From the NCBI GenBank assembly GCA_016748015.1, contig JAAOMT010000586.1, positions 789,483 through 853,482 on the forward strand: a stretch of 64,000 bases of DNA. Reading direction: 5' to 3'. Made by a program: the position numbers and the translations under genes. This DNA comes from Geosiphon pyriformis uo1 (lineage: Eukaryota; Fungi; Glomeromycota). Within the stretch, counting starts at the first letter, position 1. Each line of letters opens with the position of its first letter. The notes beneath the pieces are model-generated. The model saw nothing but the letters and a program-made list of their open reading frames with translations. It was not told the origin of the DNA and ran no database searches. Positions 1-11,265 of this stretch are shown in pieces.

Positions 1-2005
1 TTGTTATTGGTGAATTGTTCTAAGAAGGCAGTTTTGAAAGCTATCCAGTCATTAAAAGAGGTGGTCAAGTTTTCAAACCATTCGCCTGCTGTTCCTTTGA
101 GAAAGTAGGGAATTGTTCTTAACATTCTGGCAGCATTCCATCTATTTGCATCTCCAGCTTTAGTAACTTGGTTGAGCCATTCTTGGAGACTGGTCTCAAT
201 GTCTTCTCTATTAAATTTAGGGATTTTTGTGATGTATGCTGTCATTTCATCTTCTTTATTTTCACTGTCTATTGATTTTTCTTCAGATATTTTAGAGTTA
301 TTTTCTTTATTCGCTGCTGTCTCAGAGTGTTCACTTTGATTTTCAGCTAGAAAGTCAAGGAAATTAGAACTAGTTTGAAGGGATTTTTGTTGTCTGGTAG
401 GACTTCTGGGTGATGTAAAATCTTCTAGTCTTGCAAATCAATTTAAGGGTGAATTAGGTGTTTGTGCTTGTGCAAGTAAAGCTAGAAAAGATGTGATAGT
501 AAGTGGAAGTTTTGAACTGGTTTCTTGTTCAGGTGTTTGTAAGTGTTTGGCAGTTGTTTTTGGTAGTATTGGAGTATTTGGGGTGGTTTTTGAGTATTGT
601 TTCAATTTTTGTTTGCCTTTGTTGCTTGTTTCTATCTCTAATTCAAAATCAATGGAGTATTGAGACTGCACTGGATATGTTTCTTTACAGTACTTGATAA
701 TGTTAAAATTAAGTTCTTGAAAGTAAGTGGCAAGTGTTTTACTGTTAAGGTCTTCAGTTTCCAACTGTAAATAGTGTACTAAATTATTGTAAAGGTTGCT
801 TTTAACTTCTGAGATATTGTAATTTCCAAAAAAATAATTGTTGATATGGTTTTCAATGTATTGGTATACTGATTTCTTGACAACTTTAATTCCATCTGGA
901 ATGTTGAATCTTTGTTTGCAGTGGGTGTAAATTGACTGGTAATATTCTAGAGTTGTTGCATCTGGTGTGGTCGCTATTTTGAAGTTGTTTTTGCTGTGTT
1001 GTTTCTGTGGGAGAGCACCAAATGTTACTGGAAGTTTTTGGTCTCTTTTTTTGAATGTTGTTAATGTTGATTTGCTGTGAATTCACGTTTCTAGGAAGTA
1101 GTTGGACCTCTGATAACTGAATTTTATCTTCAAATTATAGAAGATAATTTGAACTGCTGGGCTTATAAGTAAAATTGCCAATTCTATGCCAGTTGCTTTG
1201 TGTAGTTATGTTGTAGTAAACGTCAACTCTTTTTCAAGAATTGCTTGTCTGGAAGCTTACTAAAAATATGTAGTTACTTTGCTGTGAAAGTCAACTCTTC
1301 TACAGGAATCTTATCTGTAGGTTATCCTAATGATTATGATAAGAAAATAAAAGAAAAATAAAAGAAATGTAAAAAAAAATTGAATTCTGTCAAGGAAATT
1401 GTTTTCAATTTAGGCCTGGAGTTACTAACAGTTTATTGAAATTGGTAGCTAATCAATTTCAAAACATTAGTTGGGTTTTGAGAATTTTCCAAGTGCAATA
1501 ATTTAAAGAATTTGGTTTTTTGAATTATTTGATATTTATTTTGTTTTTGTGTATAAAGAATGATTCTAATTGTTAAATCTGAAGTAAGATACATTTTTTC
1601 AAAAAAAAAAGCTCTTCTTTTATACAACTTGTCATAACACTATTCTATGAACTTGAACTTTGCTATTTTCTACAATTTTGCTAAACTAAAGATACATTTT
1701 GGCAAACTACAAGTTATTTCTGCAAACTATTAGATATTTTGGTGAACTATCAATTATTTTGGTAAATTTCTACAAACTTCAGCAAACTTTTTGAATGTTA
1801 CATAGTTTGGGGTATTGCATGATTGATCATCACAATTAGATTACATTTATGTTATGTGCAAATTGGGTTATTAATTAAATGATAATTTCGGACATTTTGC
1901 TAATATAATAAGTGATAATTTGAAACAATAATATATGCTAATTAATGATAGGGATTATAAAGATAATTTCATGCTAAATAATATCTCTAATTTTGTTTGG
2001 TAACA
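1..2005 (-). mobile_element. Gypsy element A' (partial): 5' LTR, PBS and gag start, inserted in the 3' LTR of element A and running off the window edge
   Basis: LTR 1023-2005 bounded by TGTTAC...GGTAACA. PBS TGGTGCTCTC (minus strand, 1011-1020). Bases 1-1020 are homologous to gag of element A at ~9235-10240 (ORF 438..764 matches ORF 9370..9999). Confidence 0.85.
1023..2005 (-). repeat. 5' LTR of element A' (~983 bp)
   Basis: Terminal TGTTAC/GTAACA, colinear with 10243-11265, adjacent to a PBS. Confidence 0.8.
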
Positions 2006-2320
2006 GTGAACTAAAGATACATTTTGATGAACTATAAGTTATTTTGCTGAACTATTCATAATTTCGGCGAATTTCTATAAATTTTGGTGAATTTTTTATA
2101 AATTTCGGCGAATTTTAGAATGTTACAAAGTTCAGGGTATTGTGTAATTTGATCATCCTACTTTCTGTTATACTAATTAGATTATTTAATTGAATCGTGA
2201 TATGTGATAATTGATTAAATAATAAATGATAATTTGAAATAATATTAATATACTAATTAATTATAGGAATTATAAGGGTAATTTTCTTGCTAATTAATAG
2301 CTAAAATTCTACTGATAACA

Positions 2321-3010
2321 TAATCTTCTCCTCAAGACTGAGCTCCATCAAAATCCAAGCACTATCTGTAATATTGAGATAATGATCCAAAATAATTGAA
2401 GTAATCTGGTCTGAAAATTGTTGAAATTTCAGTTCTGTAAGTTTACCAATGTATTGGACTTTCATTGGTTGTAGTATTGGATTTTGTAGAACATTTTCAC
2501 AAGTATTAAACAAATCATAGAGTCTAAAAGCTGCTCTAAGTTTGTAGCAAGTGTTTATTAGTTCAGCTGCTGTTTTGAATTTATTGTGAATTTGCTTTTG
2601 TATAGCTTCAGAAGTGATATTTGTTGCTTCAAGTTCCAGTTTTCGTTCATAAAGTGTCTTTCCAATGTAAAAGTATTTATAGATAGGAGTGTTTCATTGT
2701 TCTGTTTATTAAGAAATAGTAGAAGTTTTTGTTGTATTGTAGTATTTGGTGAAATGTCAATAGGGGCAATTAAAAGATTTTTTTCCAGTGCTTGCTTCAA
2801 AAGTCTTGGTAACCTATTTTCAGAGTGATTTCTTGTTTTTCTTCTATAGGGGTGATAGTTCTGTGAATGATTTGCTACTGGAGCTGTGGTTTTTTTCTGA
2901 ATGTAATTAATTTGACTTCTATTAATCGTTATGGATAAGTCAGGAAGTGTTTTCAAGGTTAACATTAACTTTTGGGATATTTGTTGAATATTTCGGAGAA
3001 TAATCATAAT
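2321..3010 (-). pseudogene. Extra ORF3 downstream of integrase in element A (unknown function)
   Basis: ORFs 2558..3007 and 2301..2513; peptide similarity to the equivalent regions of elements C, F and B. Confidence 0.65.
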
Positions 3011-3150
3011 AAAATTGACTAATTATGAAAAGTGAGAATAAAGAAAATTATTTTTGGATATGGAGTTTTTATTTGTTTTTGGGTTTGGGTGTTTTTGTAA
3101 TTTATTTACTATTTTTGTCGTTGTGTTTTCATAGAGAATTATTGTAAAAT

Positions 3151-4536
3151 TTAAGTGTTCAAGTTTGGTTGTTGTTCTATTATAATTATTGGTTCTAAAT
3201 TTCGGGGAATATCTTCAGGATTAATTAAAAGGGAATGTGTACCAATTTGTGGAATTAATGGTTTAGGATTGTTTCTGAAATGATAGTGTTTTAATCTGTC
3301 TCTATGTGCAACTTTTGCTAATATTTTGTCATCAAGTCTTAACTTGTATAATCCATTGCCTAGAATTTCGTGAATATAAAATGGTCCATCCCATTTGTTT
3401 TCAAATTTCCCACTCCATTGTTTTTCAGCCTTAATTTTGTGTAAGAGAACTTTATTTCCAACTTTAAATTCGTTGGTAATAGGTGGTAATTTGTTGTCAT
3501 ATCTTTCTTTTTGTTAAGCTTAAGAATGTTTAATATGAGTTGCTGCTATTCTTCTTTTTTCTTCCAGTGTATTAAGAAGAGTGTAGGTCCTTCTTTGGAG
3601 TGTTTTTTAAAAGTTTTTTTCATTGATTGGTTGCACTGGGTATGTTTCCACTGTGAAATTAATTGGTAATGTTGCTGTTCTCCCATAAGTAAGATCAAAT
3701 GGTGTGTGTTTCATAGTATTTTGTTTTAGCATTCTGTATGTTAGTAACATGGATGGAATAAAAATATTCCATTTCTGCTCAAAGTCTGTTGAGACTTTGG
3801 CTAAAGATTCACACAATGTTCTGTTGAAACATTCTACAAGTCTATTTGTTTGAAGGTGATAAGATAATGATAGAGATCTTTTAACATTGAACCATTCACA
3901 AATTTCTTGTATCAAGTTGTTCACAAAATGTGTTCTTTGATCAGATAAAAGTTCAATTGGGCATCCATGTCTACAAATAATGTCTTTATAGATGAAATTT
4001 GCTATTAATTTTGCATCTGCTCTTTGGATGACTCTAGCTTCAGGCCATTTGGTAAGATAATCTACTGCTACTGCAATATAGCAATTTCCTTGGGTTGTAA
4101 TAGGTAATGGTCCGACTAAATCAATTCCAACTCTATCAAAAGGTTGTCCAACTTTGATTGGATTTAAAGGTTCTGTGGGGCGAGTTCCTCCTCTTTTTTG
4201 ACAACTATCACAAGATTCTATATATTGTTGAATGTTTTTTTGCATGTGAGGCCAAAAATAATGTTCAAGAGTTCTTTGAATGGTTCCATCTCTTCCCAAG
4301 TGTGCTGAAGACAAATCTGTGTGCATGTTATATAAAATTGTTTCTTTTTTATTCTCTTGTACTAATCTGAGTGGTTGGTTTAAGTTTCTGTGATTTTTAT
4401 AATAGATTTTGTTCTGGTGTATAAAATATTGTTTTGATTGGTGTTGTAAATAATGTTTTTCACTTGGAGACCAGTTTTTTGGCATGGTAAGGGTCTCCAA
4501 ATAATTTTTAAGATTGCTGTAATTTCTGGGATCCAT
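3151..4536 (-). pseudogene. Gypsy integrase (HHCC zinc finger, DDE core, GPF module, no chromodomain)
   Basis: H..H..CDSC, VGIDLVGPLP, DYLTKWPEA, LLSDQ, KWDGPFYI; ends ...LEPIIIIEQQPNLNT*. Confidence 0.95.
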
Positions 4537-4599
4537 TCTTGTTTGGTTATTTTTGTTTGGTAAGTTGGTAAGTTGTGGTAAAATTGTTGTTGGTATTAA

Positions 4600-5850
4600 T
4601 CTTGTCTCATTCTTGAGAGGCTATAAACATTGGTATGTAGTTTTTCTGGTTTGTGGTGTACAATATATCTGTAGTCTGCTAGGAAGTCATTCCATCAAGA
4701 CTATTTGGCACTTTGTTCAGTTTTCTTTTTATTAAGCCATTTGAGGCCAATGTTGTCTGTTATTATGTCAAATTCTTTTCCATTCTTCAGATATTGTTGA
4801 AAATGTTTAAGAGCCCAAATGACTGCAGCAGCTTCTAATTCAGTTGAGCCATATTTTAGTTCTGTTAGTTTGAGTGTTCTACTAGCATAAACAATGACTT
4901 GTTCTTGTCTATTTTCATCTACTTGTGATAAGATAGCACTAAATGCTATGTGTGAAGCATCAGTGGCTAATTAGAACCATTTGTTAAGTCTGGGTAAGCA
5001 AGAACTGAGGCTGTTGTCAATTTTGTTTTAAGAGTTTCAAAAGCTTTTTGTTGTTTTTCAGTCTATTTGTATGGCATGTTTTTGTTAGTAAAATAATTGA
5101 GTGGTTTGGCAATTTCTGAAAATTTTTTTATGAATTTCCGATAGTAAGAGACTAATCCTATAAATCCTCTTAGTTCTATAGTATTCCTGGGAGTTTGAAA
5201 GTTTTTGACAGCACTGATTGTTCCTGGATTTGGTTTGACTCCATCTTTACTAACTATGTGTCCAAGAAAGATCAAGCTTGTTTTTCCAAAGTGACATTTC
5301 TCAATGTTTAACTTTAATTCTGCTTTCTATAATCATTGAAAAACTTCTCGCAGGTGAATGAGGTGGGTTTCAAAGCTTGGTGAGTATACATCAGTATCAT
5401 CAAGATAAACAACTACTGATTGCTACAAAAGCTCTTCATAGACAACATCCATGAGTTGCTAAAATGTTGCTGGTGCGTTACAGAGTCCAAAAGACATAAC
5501 ATTAAACTTATAATTTCCTCTTTGAGTGGTGAATGCTGTTTTGGGTCTATCTTTTGGGTTCATTTCGACTTGCCAGTATCCACTTTCCAGGTCTAAAGTT
5601 GAGAAGAACTTGGCTTTTCCTAAAGCATCTAGCATGTCATCAACTCTTGGAAGAGAGTAGGCATCTCCAATTATAACACTATTTAATTGTCTATAATCAA
5701 CACAGAATCTGATTTTTCCGTTTTTCTTTTTAACTAAAACTACTGGTAAGACCCAAGGACTTCTTGATGGTTAAATCAATCCGTTATTGAGCATTCTTTG
5801 GACTTCTTCTCTGATGAATTGGTGGCTGGCAGGTGGCACTTGATAAGCTT
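4600..5850 (-). pseudogene. Gypsy reverse transcriptase and RNase H of element A
   Basis: ORF 5063..5275 (FLGHIVSKDG, LRGFIGLVSYYRKFIK), VYLDD ~5397-5411, TDAS ~4955-4965. Confidence 0.95.
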
Positions 5851-6439
5851 GTTGTCATTTTGGTGGAGCATTTCCTGTATGGATCTGATGTTGAACAATA
5901 TCCGTTTTTCCCAAGTCATTGTTGTCTTTTGCAAATATATCTGCAAATTCAGCTATCAATTGTTTCAATTGTCTTTGTTGTTGAGGTTCTAAGGGAGCCA
6001 TGTTGATTCGAGAGAGTTTTTCTTCCAAAAAGTGGTAGTTTTTAATAATGGGAATGATATTTGGATTTGGAAATAGAGTGTGCCTTACAATTTCGATGAA
6101 ATTAGAGACAATTTGAGAGTTTTCATCTTGAAAAATATTGCTGTGTATGATTCCAATTTCTAGTTTGTTTAATAAGACAATAGAGTAATTATTGGGGTTG
6201 TAGAATGTAACTCGAAATTTTTTCATTCCTTTGGGAATATAAACATTTGGAATTGAGATTTCATGTTTCAAACAGATTTGTTCATTGGATTCAAAGATTT
6301 GTTGTGTAGTGGTGGGTTTTGAACAAGTGTAAATTTCGTGATGTTCTCCAAAAGATAAATGGTAATTGGCTGGGGAAGTTGAAGAATCTGGTGAGATTCA
6401 TTTTGTGTATTAAGAGCTATGTTTACTGGAACTGTAAAT

Positions 6440-6850
6440 CGTCCAGTTGAACCAAAACCTTGAGTTCCTTTTTCACTTTTTCCCAATTGTTCTCTGTTGT
6501 TTACTGATTGTAAACCCAAAATGTTGATTAAGGGTAAGTAAATTGCTTGAGCAATTTTTTCAGCATGTTTAATTTTGAATGTTTTGTCTGTCTCATTCTG
6601 TAACATAATGATAATGTCTCCAGTGTATCCTGCATCTATAACTTCTCCTCTAATATTGATTTTTTTGCTTGCCAATAATGATCTGGAGGCAATTTGAACC
6701 ATTGCTCCTGGTAAAATTTCAAGAGCAATTTTGAGATTGATTTTTGTCAAGGACTTTGGTTAGAGAACCAAAGTATCTTTTCCTGAGTATCTTAGGTCAT
6801 ATTTAGCATCAGTTTCGTGTGCTTTTTCTGGTCTGATTTTTTGGCCATGG
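6440..6850 (-). pseudogene. dUTPase domain within pol of element A
   Basis: All five trimeric dUTPase motifs recognisable: HETDAKYDL, ASRS, VIDAGYTG, EKIAQ, GTQGFGSTG (ORF 6268..6750 plus upstream sequence). Confidence 0.92.
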
Positions 6851-7859
6851 TTGTCAAAATATTTAAGTTGTAGAGGTGGTTGCTTTTTAAGAAGATAGAT
6901 GGGGGTGGTTGATAGTTTTTCTACTAGTTCAAATATTTCAAATTCGATTTCATTTTCATCATTCTCATTTGGCAGAGGAATGCTAAGAGCATAACATTCT
7001 AAACATCATTGGTCATCACAAGGCATAACACATTCTTCACACAATTGAATGTTCATTTGCTTTAATCATTGAATTTGAGCTTCTTTGGTCAGATATATGT
7101 GGCTTGCAATTTGGTGGTAGGTTTCTACTTCATCTTCATAATCAAATCCAGCTAATTCCATAGTATACTCAATATATTCAGCTTCTTTCATTTGGTGGAT
7201 ATCTTTTTAGGTGGCTCTATTGATCAATACCATTGCTAAATCAAAAATTATTTCAGTGTCATGAGGGTAATACTAAAGTTTATTGAGAGCACTGTTGTAT
7301 GCTGCATCAAATGGTGTTCCTCTTCTGACTTTTTCCGAAATTGATAGAGCATATTGACAGGTCTGATCACATACTCCTCCTTTTATTGCTACATCAATCC
7401 AATTGCATTCTTCTGGTAGCATTTTTCTGCAAGTAAGGCAAGGAGTTTTGTCCTATTTTCCATTTCTTTTTGGGGATCCAAATCGTTCTCTATAGCATGC
7501 CTTGCAGAAATAACAAGTGCGAGTTTTGTATTCTTCTTCTGAGAAAATACAGGCTCCCATTGATGAAAGTTTTTTGTTGCAATCTTTGCATTTGAGTGAA
7601 ATATATGGTGGTTCTTTTCATGGTTTTGGTGTGGAATATTTAACTTTCTTCCATCCTTTTGATTCTTCAAAAATCTCTTGTTCTGTTTCTTCAGCCCAAT
7701 TGGATGGTGATCCAAGAGCCATGTAGGTTTCAGTAAGTAGCATTTTTTTCTCTTCTTTAAATTCAAATACTGGAGTTTTTTCTGATTGTTTGTTAAAAGT
7801 ACTACAGGTTGCAGATATTATGGTATATTGTCCTTGGTATAAGATTTTAAGTTCTTGAG

Positions 7860-10240
7860 TTTCCCAGTTTAGGTTTGTATTGGCCTTGAGAAGCCAATCA
7901 TTTCCGACTAGAGCTTGGTATTGGGGTGCATCTATAACAAGAACTTTAACTGGAATGATGATTCCATCAATTATAAAGGGGAAATCATCAATTTTTCCTA
8001 CTAGAGTCTTCTTTATACCATCAGCTGTAACAATAACTGTTTGAGCTGGTCTATCTACATTTTGTTTGAGTTGTTGCATCAGCTGGTAAGTAATAATACT
8101 TCCAGCCAATCCACTATCTAAGATTAAGCGAATGGGTTTTCCTTCTACTGTAGCTTCTGTGTATATAGCAGTAATTGCTTTCTGTTCATTAACTGCTGCA
8201 TTACTAAGCAGAAATGGTGATTCATTTGCTTCAAATTCAAATGAAAATATATCTGACAGATTGGCATTTTGGGCAATTTGAGCTGGTAGAATGGTGTGAT
8301 TGAAAGAGTTTGATCTTGGTGCTACAACTTCATCTTCAAATAGTGCAGTTTGTTGAAAATCCGATTCCTCTGGTATTGTAAGATAACTGGGTTGAGTGTG
8401 ATAGTGATTGGGTCTTTGCTGACCAGAATTTTGGGGAACCAACTGATTATTTGGATTGATTCTGTTGTTGTTGTTATTCTGCAATTGATTTTGAAGTATA
8501 AATTGGTTATGTTAAACCAATCTTCTTGCTGGTACTTGATATGGCTGAATTGGTAAAAATTGCTGATATTGTTGCTGCATTAATTGTGGAGTTAGTGGAT
8601 AGTAACTGTTTTGATTTTGTGGTCTTGGTGAATAATAGATTGGTGGTAGAGATTGGTAATAAGATTGTTGTGGTGAAGAGTAATGTTGATTACTCCTGTT
8701 TTGTTGGTCTCTTTGTAATTTTCTACAATCTCGTTTCCAGTGTCCTGAAATTCCACAATAATGACAATTTTGAAGTTGGTTGTTGGATGGTGATCCAAAA
8801 TTGTTTTGGTTGCATCGTTGTGGGGGTTAATATCTTTGTGATTGTTGTTGCTGTTGTTGTTGGTTTGTGAAATAGCTTTCAACCTTTTTTGTAAGTTGGT
8901 CTATTTTTTCTTCAGCTGCTGAGCTGGTTTTTCCAATTGTAAGGTTTACAAGCTTGGTGTGATTTGCTTCTTCTATTGCTATTTCATAGCTTTTTGCATG
9001 CCTAATAGCAGTTGCTAAGTCTGCTGAAGTATGTGGACAGACTTTCTTAATCAGTTTGTCTTTTAACCCTGCTATAAACTGATCCAGAATTTGAGCATCA
9101 GAATAATAGTCATTGGTTTCTAATTGTCGAATTTGTCTGAGAAGTTTGTTAAATCTTCCAAGATAAGTCATAACAGTTTCAGATGTTTCTTGTTTGATAT
9201 TGTGAAAGCAGTTTCTGAGAGTGATAGAGGTATTGTTGTCAGTGAATTGTTGTAGAAAAGCATCTTTGAATGCTTGCCAGTTTTCAAATGGTTCTTCTAA
9301 ATTTTCAAATTATTCTTCTGCTGTTCCTTGGAGAAAGTAAGAAATTGCTTTGAACATTCTTGCTGTGATTCAACCATTTGCATCTCCTGCTTTTTGAACT
9401 TTGTCAAGCCATTCTTGAGGACTGGTATCATTGTCTTCACCAGTGAATTCTGGGATTTTTGCAATGTAAGCAGTTGTTATTTCTTCTTCATTTTTTGTAA
9501 TTTCTTTTGGTTCTGATTCAGTTTTTTTACTTTCCAAGCTTTCTGAATGATTATTTTGGTTTTCCTGTAAGTAATCAATGATATTGGCACTTGTTGATAT
9601 TGGTTCCTGCTGTTGAGTAAGGTTTCTAGGTGACTGAAAATCTTCTGGTCTGGAAAAGTGGTTGAGTAGTAAATTTGGTGTTTGTGGTTGAACAAATGAA
9701 ATTGGAAATGGTGTAATAGAAAGTGGTAATTTGACACTGGTTTCTTGTTCAGATGTTTGCAAGTGTTTGGCAGTTGTCTTTTGTAGTATTGGAGTGTTTG
9801 GAGTGGTTTTTGAGTATTGCTTCAATCTTTGTTTGTCTTTGTTGTTTGTTTCTGTCTCTAATTCAAAGTCAATAGAGTATTGAGACTGTACTGGGTATTT
9901 TTTTTCACAATACTTAATAATGTTAAAATTAAGTTCTTGGAAGTAGGTAGCAAGTGTTTCACTATTCGGATCTTCTGTTCCCAATCGTGAATAGTGCACT
10001 AAATTATTGTAAAGATTGCTTCTGACTTCTGAAATGTTGTAGTTTTCAAAAAGATAATTGTTGATGCGGTTTTCAATGTATTGGTATACTGATTTCTTGA
10101 CAACTTCAATTCCGTCTGGAATGTTGAATTTTTGCTTGCAGCAAGTGTAAATTGACTGGTAATACTCTAAAGTTGCTGTGTCTGGTGTGATTGCTACTTT
10201 GAATTTGTTGTTGCTGTGTTATTTTCATGGGAGAGCACCA
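7860..10240 (-). pseudogene. gag and aspartic protease of element A
   Basis: ORFs 9370..9999, 8827..9171 and 7618..8484 (IRLILDSG, ALVGNDWL), CCHC knuckle. Confidence 0.9.
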
Positions 10241-10242
10241 AA

Positions 10243-11265
10243 TGTTACTGGAGGTTTTTGGTCTCTTTTCTTGAATGTTGTAACTGTCTGTTGGTTGCAA
10301 ATTCAAGAAGTAGTTGAACCTCCAATAACTGAATTTATTTTCAAATTATTTCCTGTAATTTGAACTGCTGGGCTTATAAGTGGAATGACCAATTCCATGC
10401 CAGTTGCTTTGTGTAGTTACATTGTAGTAAACATCAACTCTTTCCCAGAAATTGCTCATTTGGAAGCTCACTAAAAATGTGTAGTTACTTTGCTGTAAAA
10501 GTCAACTCTTTTACAGGAATCTTGTTTGTAGGCTATCCTAATGATTGTAATAAGAAAAGAAAAGAAAAATAAAAAAAATGTAAAAAAAATAGAATTCTGT
10601 TAAGGGAAACATTTTCTATCCAGGCCTGGAGTCACTAACAGTTTATTGAAATTGGTAGCTAATCAATTTCAAAACGTTAGTTGTTAAGGGAATTTCAAGT
10701 ATAATAACTTAAGAATTTGGTTTTCAAATATTTAATTTTTATTTAATTTTGTAACAAGTGATTTGTTTTAATTAAGATATCTAAAGTAAGATACTATAGT
10801 AAGGTACTATGAGAAGATACATTTTCTTAAAAAGAAAAGCTCTTCTTTTATACAACTTGTTGTAGTACTAGTCTATGAACTTGCACTTTTTCTCTTTGCT
10901 CAAATTTTGGCGAACTAAAGATACATTTTAATGAACTACAAGTTATTTTGCTGAACTATTGATTAATTTGGGTGAACTATTCATAATTTTGGTGAATTTC
11001 TATAAATTTCGGCAAATTTCTTATAAATTTCGGTGAATTTTTGTAAATTTCGGTGAATTTTAGAATGTTACAAAGTTCAGAGTATTGTGTAATTTGATCA
11101 TCCTACTTTTTGTTATACTAATTGGATTATTTAATTGAATCGTGATATGTGATAATTGATTAAATAATAAATGATAATTTGAAATGATATTAATATACTA
11201 ATTAATTATAGGAATTATAAGAGTAATTTTCTTGCTAATTAATAGCTAAAATTCTACTGGTAACA
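10243..11265 (-). repeat. 5' LTR of element A (~1023 bp)
   Basis: TGTTAC...GGTAACA termini; ~20-bp AAATTTCGGCGAATTT tandem motifs at ~10950-11065; ~10910-11265 closely matches 2006-2320. Confidence 0.9.

Larger units (their letters stand above)
2006..11265 (-). mobile_element. Gypsy LTR retrotransposon A (gag-PR-Cys-rich-dUTPase-RT-RH-IN-ORF3), pseudogenised
   Basis: 5' LTR 10243-11265, PBS 10231-10240, CCHC knuckle CHYCGISGHWKRDC ~8724-8768, protease ILDSG ~8100-8125, RT VYLDD ~5397-5411, integrase ORF 3607..4536 plus GPF tail, PPT 2321-2335, 3' LTR remnant 2006-2320. Domain order RT-RH-IN is Ty3/Gypsy. Confidence 0.95.

Noticed and set aside
1023-2320. A single 1.3-kb LTR shared by two tandem elements
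   Set aside because: An internal GGTAACA terminus at 2005 and asymmetric similarity to the 5' LTR of A favour a nested insertion.
2321-3010. ORF3 as a retroviral-type envelope gene
   Set aside because: Too short, with no visible signal peptide, fusion peptide or C-terminal transmembrane helix.
3151-3420. Chromodomain at the integrase C-terminus
   Set aside because: No chromodomain motif (YLVKW/WEP aromatic cage) after the GPF module in A, B or C.
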